64,000 nt of DNA from an uncultured Gammaproteobacteria bacterium. GTDB taxonomy: Bacteria; Patescibacteriota; Microgenomatia; Daviesbacterales; UBA10151. Below, piece by piece: positions 38,976-49,305 of the stretch (positions are counted from its first letter, which is position 1; every line of letters begins with the position of its first letter). The stretch is from the NCBI GenBank assembly GCA_964500725.1, contig CAZCNP010000002.1:5347-69346 (forward strand). Direction: 5' to 3'. Position numbers and translations under genes: made by a program. The notes beneath the pieces were generated by a model. The model worked only from the letters and a program-made list of their open reading frames with translations. It had not been told where the DNA came from and made no database searches.

Positions 38976-40436
38976 ATGGCTTTGGAAAGTCTTCAAAAAG
39001 AGAGAATTAAAAAATTAGAAAACATTAAAAGATTAGGACTAAATCCTTACCCTGCAAAGAGTAATAAAAAACATACTGTTTCAATTGCCAGAAAAATGAT
39101 GGGTAAAAAGGTAATAGTTGCTGGCAGGGTTAGATCCCTTCGTCCTCATGGCAAGATTACCTTTGCAGATTTAGAAGACTCTTCTGGTAAAATCCAGCTT
39201 TTCTTTTCTCAGTCAGAACTGCCTGGTGAAAAGTATGAATTTTTAACTAATATAGATATTGGTGATTTTGTAGAGACTAATGGAGAAATTTTCAAAACTC
39301 AAGCAGGAGAAATTACTATCAGAGTCTCTGATTTTAAGTTACTGACAAAAAGTCTAAGGCCTCTGCCTTCTGCTTGGTATGGATTGGAAGATGTGGAAGA
39401 AAGATACAGGCAAAGATATGTTGATTTAATTATTAACCCTGAAGTAAAAAAAGTTTTCCAAGTTAGATCAGAAGTTATTAAATTTTTAAGAGGCTTCATG
39501 GAAGAAAAAGATTTTGTGGAGGTTGAAACTCCAACTTTGCAACCTATTTATGGAGGAGCAACTGCTAAGCCTTTCACTACCCACCATAATGCCTTAGATT
39601 TAAAACTATACCTTAGGATTTCTGATGAGCTTTATTTAAAAAGATTAATTGTGGCAGGTTTTGAGAAAGTTTTTGAAATCTGTAAAGACTTTAGAAATGA
39701 AGGAATAGACAGGCAACATAATCCAGAATTTACCATGATGGAATTTTACTGGGCTTATGCAGATTATGAAGATTTAATTAAACTTACAACAGAGATGGTT
39801 GCTAAAATAGTAAAAGCAATTCACAGTAAATATACTTTTGAATATGAAGGAATAAGACTTAATTTTAAACCACCTTTTAAAAGAGTAACTTTTAATCAGC
39901 TAGTTAAAGAAAATTCTGGGATTGATCTAGATATTGTAACTACAGAAGAGGAGTTAAAAAAAGTTTTAAAAGAAAAAGAAATCAAATTAGAGCTTAATGG
40001 GGTGGTTGGATATGGGCCATTGGTGGATGAGTTATATAAAGCAGTTGCCAGGCTAAAGATAAAACAGCCTACTTTTGTAGTGGATTATCCAGCAGATATG
40101 CTGCCTCTTGCTAAAGCAAATTGTACTGATAGTAAAAAAGCTGGCAGTTTCCAGTTGATTTGTATGGGATATGAGCTAGTGAAAGCATACAATGAGTTAA
40201 ACGATCCAATAGAGCAGAAAAACAGATGGAAAGAACAAATGGAGTTAGGCAAAAAAGGTTTGGAGGAACACCAAGTTTTAGATGAGGATTATATTAGAGC
40301 TTTAGAGTATGGTATGCCTCCCACAGCAGGATGGGGTATGGGTATTGATAGGTTAGTTTCGCTTTTGACAAATCAACATTCGATAAAAGATGTAATATTA
40401 TTTCCAACTCTCCGCCCAGAAAAGAAGCCAGGATGA
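38976..40436 (+). CDS. lysS: Lysyl-tRNA synthetase (class II)
   Basis: GGATAKPF, FRNEG...HNPEF, YGMPPTAGWGMGIDR. Confidence 0.97.
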   Translation: MALESLQKERIKKLENIKRLGLNPYPAKSNKKHTVSIARKMMGKKVIVAGRVRSLRPHGKITFADLEDSSGKIQLFFSQSELPGEKYEFLTNIDIGDFVETNGEIFKTQAGEITIRVSDFKLLTKSLRPLPSAWYGLEDVEERYRQRYVDLIINPEVKKVFQVRSEVIKFLRGFMEEKDFVEVETPTLQPIYGGATAKPFTTHHNALDLKLYLRISDELYLKRLIVAGFEKVFEICKDFRNEGIDRQHNPEFTMMEFYWAYADYEDLIKLTTEMVAKIVKAIHSKYTFEYEGIRLNFKPPFKRVTFNQLVKENSGIDLDIVTTEEELKKVLKEKEIKLELNGVVGYGPLVDELYKAVARLKIKQPTFVVDYPADMLPLAKANCTDSKKAGSFQLICMGYELVKAYNELNDPIEQKNRWKEQMELGKKGLEEHQVLDEDYIRALEYGMPPTAGWGMGIDRLVSLLTNQHSIKDVILFPTLRPEKKPG

Positions 40437-41023
40437 ATATAAAAGATCTTAAAAAAATCTTAAAAGTTTTTCTAACCTTACAATGGGCAAAGGAATTGCC
40501 AAGGCAGGGGTTTATTGCCATGGGTTTTAAACGGAATGAGGCAGACTCAGTTGCAGCCCACAGTTTTTCAACTGGAATACTAGCTTACTTTCTTGCAAAA
40601 CAGCTGCAAAAAGAGGGAGTAAAAATTGATTCTGAAAAGGTATTAAAGATGGGGCTTTTGCATGATGTTGGAGAAACAATTGTGGGGGATGTGGGTACTT
40701 TTGTTAAAGGTATGGCAGGAGGGGTATTTAAAAATATAGAAGAAGAAGGGGTAAAAGCTTTAGTAGAAGGTTTGGACTATGGAGGAGAAGTAATAAGTCT
40801 GGTAGAAGAATACAACAAAAGAGAATCTTTGGAAGCAAGGGTGGTAAAAGCTGCTGATAATTTAGATGCTTTAGCTCAAGCAAAAGGTGTACCTGGAGCC
40901 CAAGATGCGTTAAAATATTTCAAGAAGGTATATCATATAACTAAGTTTGATTGGCACAAGAGGGCAGTTGATTTGATATTATCAGGAGAGGCAGAACCTG
41001 CTCGAGATTGGCAAAAAATTTAA
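40433..41023 (+). CDS. HD-domain hydrolase (YfbR-like 5'-deoxynucleotidase)
   Basis: SVAAHS, LLHDVGE..VGD, ADNLD. Confidence 0.85.
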   Translation: MNIKDLKKILKVFLTLQWAKELPRQGFIAMGFKRNEADSVAAHSFSTGILAYFLAKQLQKEGVKIDSEKVLKMGLLHDVGETIVGDVGTFVKGMAGGVFKNIEEEGVKALVEGLDYGGEVISLVEEYNKRESLEARVVKAADNLDALAQAKGVPGAQDALKYFKKVYHITKFDWHKRAVDLILSGEAEPARDWQKI

Positions 41024-41024
41024 T

Positions 41025-42293
41025 ATGCTAGATATTAATTTTATAAAAGAAAATTTAGATAAAGTTAAAAAATCTATAGAAGCCAGAAAGGCCAATATTG
41101 ATTTAGATAAGTTGCTTAAGCTTGATGAAGAAAGAAGAGAACAAATTACTCAAGTTGATGCTCTGCGGGCAAAGAGAAATAAGCAGAGCTTGAAATTTTT
41201 GCAAGACAAAAATTTTGAAGCTGCAAAGAATAGAGATATAGAGGCTGGAAAATTAATAAAAGGGGAGCTTGACGCTAAAGAAAAACATTTAAAAGCAGTA
41301 GAGCAAGAGTGGCAGAATTTGATGCTTGAAGTCCCAAATATTTTACTTGATGAAGTGCCGAGAGGGGGAGCCAGTCAAAATAAAATAATTAGAACAAGTG
41401 GGGAGGCTCCTAAATTTTCTTTTAAACCCAAAGATCATATAGAGCTGGGAAAAAATTTAGACATTATTGATTTTGATAGAGGGGTAAAAGTTGGGGGATT
41501 TAGAGGGTATTATTTAAAAAATGAGGGGGCTAAGCTGCACTGGGCAGTTTTGCAATTTGCTTTAGATCATTTAACCCAAAAGGGTTTTCAGGCAGTAGTT
41601 CCTCCAGTTATAAACAGAAGGTTTGCCCTTATTGGTGGGGGGCAATTCCCATGGGGGGAGGAAGATACTTACCAAGTTGGTGATGAGGATTTTTTGGTTG
41701 GAACTGCAGAAATACCCCTAATGGCCATGCATGCTGATGAAGTATTTGATTTAAAAGATTTACCAAAAAAATATGTGGGAATGTCAGCATGTTTTAGGAC
41801 GGAAATAGGCTCTTATGGTAAAGATACTAAAGGGCTTTATAGAGTGCATGAATTTTATAAAGTAGAACAGGTAGTATTGTGTGAGGCTGACGAGCAACAG
41901 TCCTTAGGGTTTTTTGAAGAGTTGCAAGATAACAGTGAGGAGATCTTGCAAGAGTTGGATCTTCCTTACCAGGTAGTGGTTTTATCCTCAGAAGATATGG
42001 GTAAAAAAGCTGCCCTAACTTATGATATAGAAACTTGGATGAGTGGAAGAGAAAATTATGGTGAGACTCATTCAAATTCTATTGTTTTGGATTTTCAAAC
42101 TAGAAGGCTTAAGATTAAATACCGGGAAAAAGATGGGACTATTAAATACTGTCATGCTTTAAATAATACAGCCATTGCTTCACCTCGAATTCTGATTGCG
42201 TTGTTGGAAAACTTTCAGCAAGAGAATGGTTCTGTTAAAATTCCTGAGGTTTTACAAAAGTATACTGGTTTTTCTGAAATCAAACCTAAATAA
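41025..42293 (+). CDS. serS: Seryl-tRNA synthetase
   Basis: MLDI.FI, GTAE, FRTE.G...G.YRVHEF.KVE, LNNTAIASPR. Confidence 0.97.
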   Translation: MLDINFIKENLDKVKKSIEARKANIDLDKLLKLDEERREQITQVDALRAKRNKQSLKFLQDKNFEAAKNRDIEAGKLIKGELDAKEKHLKAVEQEWQNLMLEVPNILLDEVPRGGASQNKIIRTSGEAPKFSFKPKDHIELGKNLDIIDFDRGVKVGGFRGYYLKNEGAKLHWAVLQFALDHLTQKGFQAVVPPVINRRFALIGGGQFPWGEEDTYQVGDEDFLVGTAEIPLMAMHADEVFDLKDLPKKYVGMSACFRTEIGSYGKDTKGLYRVHEFYKVEQVVLCEADEQQSLGFFEELQDNSEEILQELDLPYQVVVLSSEDMGKKAALTYDIETWMSGRENYGETHSNSIVLDFQTRRLKIKYREKDGTIKYCHALNNTAIASPRILIALLENFQQENGSVKIPEVLQKYTGFSEIKPK

Positions 42294-42314
42294 TTTATGG
42301 CTACGGTTGTCTTT

Positions 42315-43529
42315 TTACGGTTGTCCTTGACGAAGTAAATCTGCAGCAGATGTTGCTGCAGGTGATGCATTAGTGTTGCCTTCTAATTCTCCAAAATTTG
42401 CAGATCCTTCAGTTGGTTGCCCTGTAGATTCAGAAGATGGTGTGCCAGCCGTAGCTGCTTGAGTAGGAGCAGGTGTAGTTTCGTTAGGTTGGTTTGTTTG
42501 TGAAACAGTGGTTGCAGGTAGACTGGTTTGAGCAGAAGGTTGACCAATACCCAAAATAAAGTAAGCAGAAGCCCCGAGCACTAAAAGCAAAAGTCCTGCC
42601 CCAGCTCCAATAAGCCATTTTGGTATGCCTTTATGAGCTTCGGTAGGTAAATTAGGTATTTCTGGAACTGCAGGTGCCGCAGGAACTACTAGGGTATCAG
42701 GAGTAGGTTGACTGGTTTGTTGGGTATCGTTAGAAATTAGATGAGACAGGTCTGTCGGCGCGTGCTCTGTAGTTGTTGGAGGGATGTTGGGAGTTGTTGC
42801 GGAAGAATCTGCAACAGGGGGGGTAGTAGGAGGCGTGCTCATCGCCCAGCTAGGCTGAATGGGAGGATTAGAATCGCTATTTGTTGATGGTGCTTGAGTT
42901 GGTGTGCTCCAAGGATTATCTAGAGGCGAGCTGGTTGGTGTGGTGGAGGCATTAGCGGTATACGGCATATTAGTATCTGGTAGGTTCAGAGAAGACGAGA
43001 CAGCAGAGGGGGTTTCAACAGGAGGTGTAAATGCAGATGTAGTTTGTGGCTGTGGTTCGGTTGCCCAAGGGGTTGGGTTTTGAAGAGGTGCTCCAAAGTT
43101 AGGCTGATTGTTGGAGATATCAACGGTTGTATTTGGTACAGATGAGGGGACTGGTTGATTATCTGTTGGGGTGGGTTGTGTTGGCCAAGCTGAAGCATCA
43201 GATGGCCATGTAGAAGTATTATCAGTTGTTGCAGGTTGAGGTGCTGATTGAATGGGCGGTGTCCAAGAGATAGGTTGAGGAGTTGATGAGGACTGGACAG
43301 ATGGAGGCCAGTTTGAGTCTGCTTGAGTGCTAGGTTGAGGCGCGCTCCAATCATTAGACTGAGGAGCAGGCGAAGAGATAGGCCAACTTGGTATTGGTGC
43401 TTGACCTGTAGTATCAACTGATGCTGGTGTGGAACTGCTTAAGTCTGGTAAAGGTTGGGTAGGGGCTCCAAAAGGCGGGTTGGATCCGGGGGGATTACCA
43501 GGCAAATTAGAATTGTTATTGTTATCCAT
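42315..43529 (-). CDS. Pro/Ser/Thr-rich disordered single-TM protein
   Basis: ~300-aa low-complexity N-terminus, TM (WLIGAGAGLLLLVLGASAYFIL), S/T-rich tail. Confidence 0.8.
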   Translation of the reverse strand: MDNNNNSNLPGNPPGSNPPFGAPTQPLPDLSSSTPASVDTTGQAPIPSWPISSPAPQSNDWSAPQPSTQADSNWPPSVQSSSTPQPISWTPPIQSAPQPATTDNTSTWPSDASAWPTQPTPTDNQPVPSSVPNTTVDISNNQPNFGAPLQNPTPWATEPQPQTTSAFTPPVETPSAVSSSLNLPDTNMPYTANASTTPTSSPLDNPWSTPTQAPSTNSDSNPPIQPSWAMSTPPTTPPVADSSATTPNIPPTTTEHAPTDLSHLISNDTQQTSQPTPDTLVVPAAPAVPEIPNLPTEAHKGIPKWLIGAGAGLLLLVLGASAYFILGIGQPSAQTSLPATTVSQTNQPNETTPAPTQAATAGTPSSESTGQPTEGSANFGELEGNTNASPAATSAADLLRQGQP

Positions 43530-43630
43530 AGGCAGAATATTTAGATGTTTTTAGTTTATTAAAGCAAGGATAAATTGTCAATGATTAATAAGGCAAAAAA
43601 CGTAATAATGGGCTATAATATACCAGCGAT

Positions 43631-46342
43631 ATGTTAGATTTCTTTGGAAAATTACTGGATTCAAATGAGCGAGAAATAAAAAAATTTAAGCCTATTGTTG
43701 AGGCAATTGGTAATTTTGAGAAAAAAATCTCCAAGCTTACAGATAAACAGCTTAAAGGTAAATTTGCCCAGTTTAAGTTGGAGCATGAAAGAGGAAAGAG
43801 CTTAGATGAGTTACTGCCAGAGGTTTTTGCCTGTGTTCGTGAGTCTGCAAAAAGGAATATCAAACAGCGCCACTTTGATGTGCAAATGATGGCAGCTATT
43901 ACTTTGCACCAAGGCAGAATTGCTGAACAAAAAACCGGAGAAGGCAAAACTTTATCAGCTACACCGGCATTGTGTTTAAACGCCATTGCAGGGAAGGGCG
44001 TTCATCTCGTTACTGTTAACGATTATCTGGCTAGACGTGATTGCGGATGGATGGGACCTGTTTTTCATGCTTTAGGTGTAAGTTGTGCCACTATTGTTCA
44101 TGATGCAGCTTTTATTTATGATCCAAAATTTAAAGATGCCTCACATGATGATAAACGCTTACAACATCTCCGTCCTGTCAGCAGAAAAGAAGCTTATCAG
44201 GCAGATATTACATATGGAACAAATAATGAATTTGGTTTTGATTATTTGCGGGATAATATGGTATTTAGGTTGGCAGATCAGTCCCAACGGGGACATTTTT
44301 TTGCGGTAGTTGATGAGGTAGATTCTATCCTGGTTGATGAGGCAAGAACACCTTTAATTATTTCCCAGCCAGCTCAAGAAGCAACTTCTAAATATTACGA
44401 ATTTGCTAAAATTATAGATTCATTATCTCCTTCAGATTATGTAATTGATGAAAAACAAAGAACAGCACATTTGACTGAGCATGGCACATTAAAGATTGAA
44501 AAATTGCTTGGAGTAGATAACCTTTACGAGAAGGATTTTTCTACACTTCATCATCTGGAGGAATCTTTAAAAGCCAAGACTTTATTTCAAAAAGATAAAG
44601 ATTATGTCGTAAAAGATGGAGAGGTAATTATTGTTGATGAGTTTACTGGTAGATTGATGATGGGGAGAAGATATTCAGAAGGACTGCATCAAGCAATCGA
44701 GGCCAAAGAAGGTGTGCCAATCCAGCAAGAATCACAAACCCTAGCAACCATCTCTTTTCAAAACTACTTTAGGATGTATCAAAAATTGGCAGGGATGACT
44801 GGAACTGCAGCAACTGAGGCAGAAGAGTTTAACAAAATTTATAAACTGGAAGTTATAGTAATCCCTACTAATAATCCAATGGTAAGGATTGATCACCCAG
44901 ATACAATTTATAAAACCCAAAGCGCCAAATATAGCGCAGTTGCCAATTTAGTAGAAGAGCTTTATAAAAAAGGTCAACCAGTATTGGTTGGAACAACCTC
45001 CATTGATAAAAATGAATTCCTTTCAGAGCTTTTAAAAAGAAAAGGAATCTCTCATGCCCTTTTGAATGCTAAAAATCATGAAAAAGAAGCAGAGATTATT
45101 TCCTATGCAGGGGAAAAAGGGGCAGTCACTGTAGCCACCAATATGGCAGGCCGAGGAGTGGATATTACCTTGGGTAAAGGAGCTGAGCAGCAGGGAGGAT
45201 TGTATGTAATAGGAACTGACAGACATGAATCAAGAAGAATTGACAATCAACTTAGGGGTAGGTCTGGTCGACAAGGTGATCCAGGAGAAACCAGATTTTT
45301 TGTATCTTTGGAAGATGATTTGATGAGAATTTTTGGCGGAGAACAGGTGTCTAAGGTGATGAACTTTTTGAAGATGCCAGAAGATACTCCTATTGAGCAT
45401 GGTTTAATTTCTAAAGCTATTGAAGGAGCTCAAAAGAAAGTTGAAGGACACAACTTTGATATTAGAAAACACACTGTTGAATATGATGACGTAATGAATC
45501 AGCAAAGGCAAATTATATATGAGGTGAGAAAAAAAGTTTTAGAGAGAAGTTCTAGTGGAACCTCGAAAGCGGAAAGTAAAGGTGCCACTTTAAAAGAGGA
45601 GATTTTGGAAAAAATAGAGAGAGAGTTGAGCAGTATTGTCACAATTTATACTGAAGAGGGTATAAATGCAGAAAAGATTGTGGAAGAGTTTTCTACAATT
45701 GTGCCAATTGATGAGGGTAGCCGAAAAGAAATAGAAAAAAAGATTGCCGGTTTTACTAACACAGAAGAGATAGTTAGGTTTTTAGTTGATTTGTCAGTAA
45801 ATTTCTATGAGCAGAGAGAAAAACAGGTAGGAGAAGAGATAGCAAGACAGATGGAGGTTTTTGTTTATCTTAACACAATTGATACCTTATGGATTGAGCA
45901 TTTGGATACAATGGATGATTTGCGTTCTGGTATTGGGTTGCGAGGGTATGCCCAAAGAGATCCTTTGATTGAATACAAAAGAGAAGGCTTTGATTTATTT
46001 GAAAAGCTGATGGTGGAAATAGATTATGAAATAGCGCACAGGATTTATAAAGTAGCAGTGCAAGGCCAGACTCAAGTTCCCCAACCACAACCAGTAGTAG
46101 TTGAAGAAAGGCATCCTGAGATAGAAGTAGGGGTAGAGCAGGAAGCTCAAGAGCTAGGAGCTAAAGTACAAATAGAAAGGCCTAGTCAAACTAAAGTAAC
46201 TATTGAAAGAGATGGAATAGTTACCCAGCAGGTCTATGGAGAAAAAGGAGAATTAAATAAAGTACATGGAAAGATTGGTAGAAATGATCCTTGCTGGTGT
46301 GGAAGCGGTAGAAAATACAAGCGTTGCCATTATCCGAACTAA
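43631..46342 (+). CDS. secA: Preprotein translocase SecA
   Basis: KTGEGKT, DEVDS.L.DEARTPLIIS, ATNMAGRG, QLRGRSGRQGDPG, SEC-C CWCGSG.KYK.CH. Confidence 0.98.
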   Translation: MLDFFGKLLDSNEREIKKFKPIVEAIGNFEKKISKLTDKQLKGKFAQFKLEHERGKSLDELLPEVFACVRESAKRNIKQRHFDVQMMAAITLHQGRIAEQKTGEGKTLSATPALCLNAIAGKGVHLVTVNDYLARRDCGWMGPVFHALGVSCATIVHDAAFIYDPKFKDASHDDKRLQHLRPVSRKEAYQADITYGTNNEFGFDYLRDNMVFRLADQSQRGHFFAVVDEVDSILVDEARTPLIISQPAQEATSKYYEFAKIIDSLSPSDYVIDEKQRTAHLTEHGTLKIEKLLGVDNLYEKDFSTLHHLEESLKAKTLFQKDKDYVVKDGEVIIVDEFTGRLMMGRRYSEGLHQAIEAKEGVPIQQESQTLATISFQNYFRMYQKLAGMTGTAATEAEEFNKIYKLEVIVIPTNNPMVRIDHPDTIYKTQSAKYSAVANLVEELYKKGQPVLVGTTSIDKNEFLSELLKRKGISHALLNAKNHEKEAEIISYAGEKGAVTVATNMAGRGVDITLGKGAEQQGGLYVIGTDRHESRRIDNQLRGRSGRQGDPGETRFFVSLEDDLMRIFGGEQVSKVMNFLKMPEDTPIEHGLISKAIEGAQKKVEGHNFDIRKHTVEYDDVMNQQRQIIYEVRKKVLERSSSGTSKAESKGATLKEEILEKIERELSSIVTIYTEEGINAEKIVEEFSTIVPIDEGSRKEIEKKIAGFTNTEEIVRFLVDLSVNFYEQREKQVGEEIARQMEVFVYLNTIDTLWIEHLDTMDDLRSGIGLRGYAQRDPLIEYKREGFDLFEKLMVEIDYEIAHRIYKVAVQGQTQVPQPQPVVVEERHPEIEVGVEQEAQELGAKVQIERPSQTKVTIERDGIVTQQVYGEKGELNKVHGKIGRNDPCWCGSGRKYKRCHYPN

Positions 46343-46349
46343 ATCCTAA

Positions 46350-47723
46350 TTAAATTGATTGTATTTTATGGAGCAATAAGACTTTATCCCGATCTTCTTT
46401 GAGAATTTTATAATCCTGAGGGGAAATTTTTGGGTTATCAAGCCGCCATTTATTAGTAATCATCAGATACTCACTATCGCCCTTTAGAAGAGAAATAAAA
46501 TCCTCTTCCCTTTTTGGGGCTTGGGATATACTACCCTTTTCAGAGTAGAATAACGCTGCAGGTCTATATTCACCATCGATAATTAATTTTTGTGGGTATT
46601 TGGCAGCCTCTTTTGACAAAATTGCTTCATCAGAAACAAATGCAGGAATATCAATAAATTGATACCAAATCATCTTGATTTGGTTAATATAGATATAAGC
46701 ACTAAATAGAAGAATAAATAAATAAAGATGGTATTTCCATTTTGATAAGTATTTTTCCAGGAAGGCAAAAGTAAAACCAAAATAGATTAAAATTAAGATT
46801 GGAAAAAGAGGGATAAGGTGCCAAATTTGTATCTTAGGAGAAAAAATTATCGGCAGCATAAATGAAAGGAAAAATAATACTAAAATATAAAATCTTTTCT
46901 GTTTAAGAAAGATGGATAATAGTAAAGATATAATACCTAGCCAAAACCATTTTCCAACACCGCTATGTAGATATTCTTTAGCAAGAATTATATTAGTAAG
47001 ATAAGATGAATCTAAGCTTGTTCCTCTCAGGCCAACATCTATAAACTTTTGAATAAAACTGGGGTATTGTATTATTTGGCTTGCAAACCATCCTCCGGCA
47101 ATACTTAAAAATAATAAAATAGGCAATATTAGGTTTTGTAATTTGTAACCCTTTTTTCTAAAAAAGATTAGAAGTAATGTAGGAATAATTGCCAAAGGCA
47201 CCATTGTTTTTGTGAGGAACAAAAAAGCCAAGCTTGTTGATAATAGCAAAAAGTATCTTCTGTTTTCTGATGCCTTAATTGCTAAGTAAAGTGTAGATAG
47301 AAAAAACATTGTTAAAATAATATCCAAATTTCCAGAACGAGATCTAAAAATAAACCAGATTGCTGAGGATAACGCCACAGCAGAAGACAATCCCACCAAA
47401 GGGTTAAATAATTTTTTTCCCAACAGGTATAACAAAATAATGCTGATAATTCCTGATAAGGCAGAGGGAAACCTGGTCCAAAATTCATTTACCCCAAATA
47501 GTTTATAAGTTGCTGCCATTAACCAATAGCCTGTTGGGGGATGGTCAAAATATGGTTGCTGATTCCAAGTCATATTTATGATATCACCGGATTCCATTAT
47601 GTTTTTTGCCACTTCGGCATACCAGGCCTCATCCCAACTAATCAAAGATGTTTGTCCTAATTTATAGAAAAATAAGGGCAGGATTAATACAATTAAAATA
47701 GAGAGTAAAAGCAAGATTTTCAT
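46350..47723 (-). CDS. ArnT/PMT-like GT-C glycosyltransferase
   Basis: WDEAWY, FDHPP, RFPSAL; multi-TM. Confidence 0.85.
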   Translation of the reverse strand: MKILLLLSILIVLILPLFFYKLGQTSLISWDEAWYAEVAKNIMESGDIINMTWNQQPYFDHPPTGYWLMAATYKLFGVNEFWTRFPSALSGIISIILLYLLGKKLFNPLVGLSSAVALSSAIWFIFRSRSGNLDIILTMFFLSTLYLAIKASENRRYFLLLSTSLAFLFLTKTMVPLAIIPTLLLIFFRKKGYKLQNLILPILLFLSIAGGWFASQIIQYPSFIQKFIDVGLRGTSLDSSYLTNIILAKEYLHSGVGKWFWLGIISLLLSIFLKQKRFYILVLFFLSFMLPIIFSPKIQIWHLIPLFPILILIYFGFTFAFLEKYLSKWKYHLYLFILLFSAYIYINQIKMIWYQFIDIPAFVSDEAILSKEAAKYPQKLIIDGEYRPAALFYSEKGSISQAPKREEDFISLLKGDSEYLMITNKWRLDNPKISPQDYKILKEDRDKVLLLHKIQSI

Positions 47724-47766
47724 CAAAAATTAGTATATCATCATATAATATGATTATGGTGGTAGT

Positions 47767-49302
47767 ATGATAACTTTTTCACGAAAAATAGTAATACTTT
47801 TTCTTTTGTTGATTATTTCTAATATACTACTGAGCGCTTATTGGTTATTACTTGGAGATATTCATTATGATATAGATGTATCGCGTGATTTTTTGGTTTT
47901 GCATGATATTGTTAATAATTCTCATTTGACTCTTCTTGGTCCCCGTTCTGGTGCTATCCCAGGTGTGTATCATGGTCCCTTATGGTTCTATATTAATCTA
48001 CCAGCATTTCTAATAGGTGGAGGCAATCCTTTGATAGTAGGCTGGTTTTGGTTTTGGACATCAATAATTTTATTGGGAGTTATATTTTGGGTTGCTAAAA
48101 AAATATTTGGTTTTGAGGTTGCTATACTTTCAGTATTACTTTTTTCTGTTAACTCCATAATCAATCCTTCGATTGGTTTAAAAAACTTTTATAATCCATA
48201 TGGAGCAGTCTTTTTATCTCCACTAATATTCTGGTGGTTTTATATGTATATTGCTACTTTTAAAATTAAATATTTGGTAGTTAGTTTATTTGTATTGGGA
48301 CTTATTATACAATTTCAAATGGCTTTTGGGGCGCCACTATTAATTTCACTGACAATATTACTAGGATATTTTTTAATTAAAAAAAATAAATTGGTTCATC
48401 TTTTTTCTTATCTAATTTTATTAATCCCTCTTTCCACTTTTATTATTTTTGATATAAAGCATGATTGGTTACAACTTAAGGCCTTGATGAAATTTATCAA
48501 CAGAGGGGATGGTTTATCCGCCGGTTTTTTTGATATATTTAATGCCCGTATTAAAGCTTTAGTTTTTGATTCTTTTGATCTATTATCTCCTGGGAAAAAT
48601 CTTCTAACCATCTTTTATACATTTTTCTTTACTGGGAGTTTTATTTATGCTTTAAGAAAAAATCAAACTACCAAAAAAATATATATACTTTTTGCCTACC
48701 TTTTTTTAAGTTTTTGGGTAATTTCTCTGTTTTATACAGGAGGGGTGGGAAATTATTTTTGGCCTTTTTTGCCATTAATAATCATTATATTTTGTTCTTT
48801 TTATAAGGTTATGAAAAAAGAATTTTTTATTCCTGTTTTTATAATTCTTTATTTAGTTAATATGTATGCTGGAGTTATTTCAATTTTAGAATTTAAGACT
48901 GATATTAATTTACGGGGTCCGCACAGTTGGGCTTTTAACAAATATGTGGCAGAGCAAGTTTTTAAAGATGCAAAGGGGGATTTTGGATACTTTAATTTTT
49001 CCCCAGATAGGTTTGCGTATCAACAAAGATATGCTATGGCTTATGTTCAAAATGAATTCCCTAATATAAAATCTTTTTCTTCGACAAAGAAACCAATAAC
49101 GTATCTTTTAGAAGTTGATCCACCAAAAGATAGGCCAGAACTAAATGGTATCAGCTGGAGGATTAGCGATATTGGTATTGATCGTTTGCCAGATCAATCT
49201 TTCCGTTATGATTTTATTTATATTGAGAAATACCTTTTAGATAATAAAGAATTAAAAGTAACTCCCAATCCTTACTTGTTAGATAATGTGTTTGTAAGAT
49301 AA
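47767..49302 (+). CDS. PMT-like GT-C glycosyltransferase (paralog of 50793)
   Basis: YD.D.SRD, L.G......GVYHGPLWFY; multi-TM. Confidence 0.8.
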   Translation: MITFSRKIVILFLLLIISNILLSAYWLLLGDIHYDIDVSRDFLVLHDIVNNSHLTLLGPRSGAIPGVYHGPLWFYINLPAFLIGGGNPLIVGWFWFWTSIILLGVIFWVAKKIFGFEVAILSVLLFSVNSIINPSIGLKNFYNPYGAVFLSPLIFWWFYMYIATFKIKYLVVSLFVLGLIIQFQMAFGAPLLISLTILLGYFLIKKNKLVHLFSYLILLIPLSTFIIFDIKHDWLQLKALMKFINRGDGLSAGFFDIFNARIKALVFDSFDLLSPGKNLLTIFYTFFFTGSFIYALRKNQTTKKIYILFAYLFLSFWVISLFYTGGVGNYFWPFLPLIIIIFCSFYKVMKKEFFIPVFIILYLVNMYAGVISILEFKTDINLRGPHSWAFNKYVAEQVFKDAKGDFGYFNFSPDRFAYQQRYAMAYVQNEFPNIKSFSSTKKPITYLLEVDPPKDRPELNGISWRISDIGIDRLPDQSFRYDFIYIEKYLLDNKELKVTPNPYLLDNVFVR

Positions 49303-49305
49303 ACT

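Noticed and set aside
42301-42325. Direct repeat TACGGTTGTC x2 between serS and the Pro-rich gene
   Set aside because: Only a 10-bp local duplication of the gene end, with no associated element.
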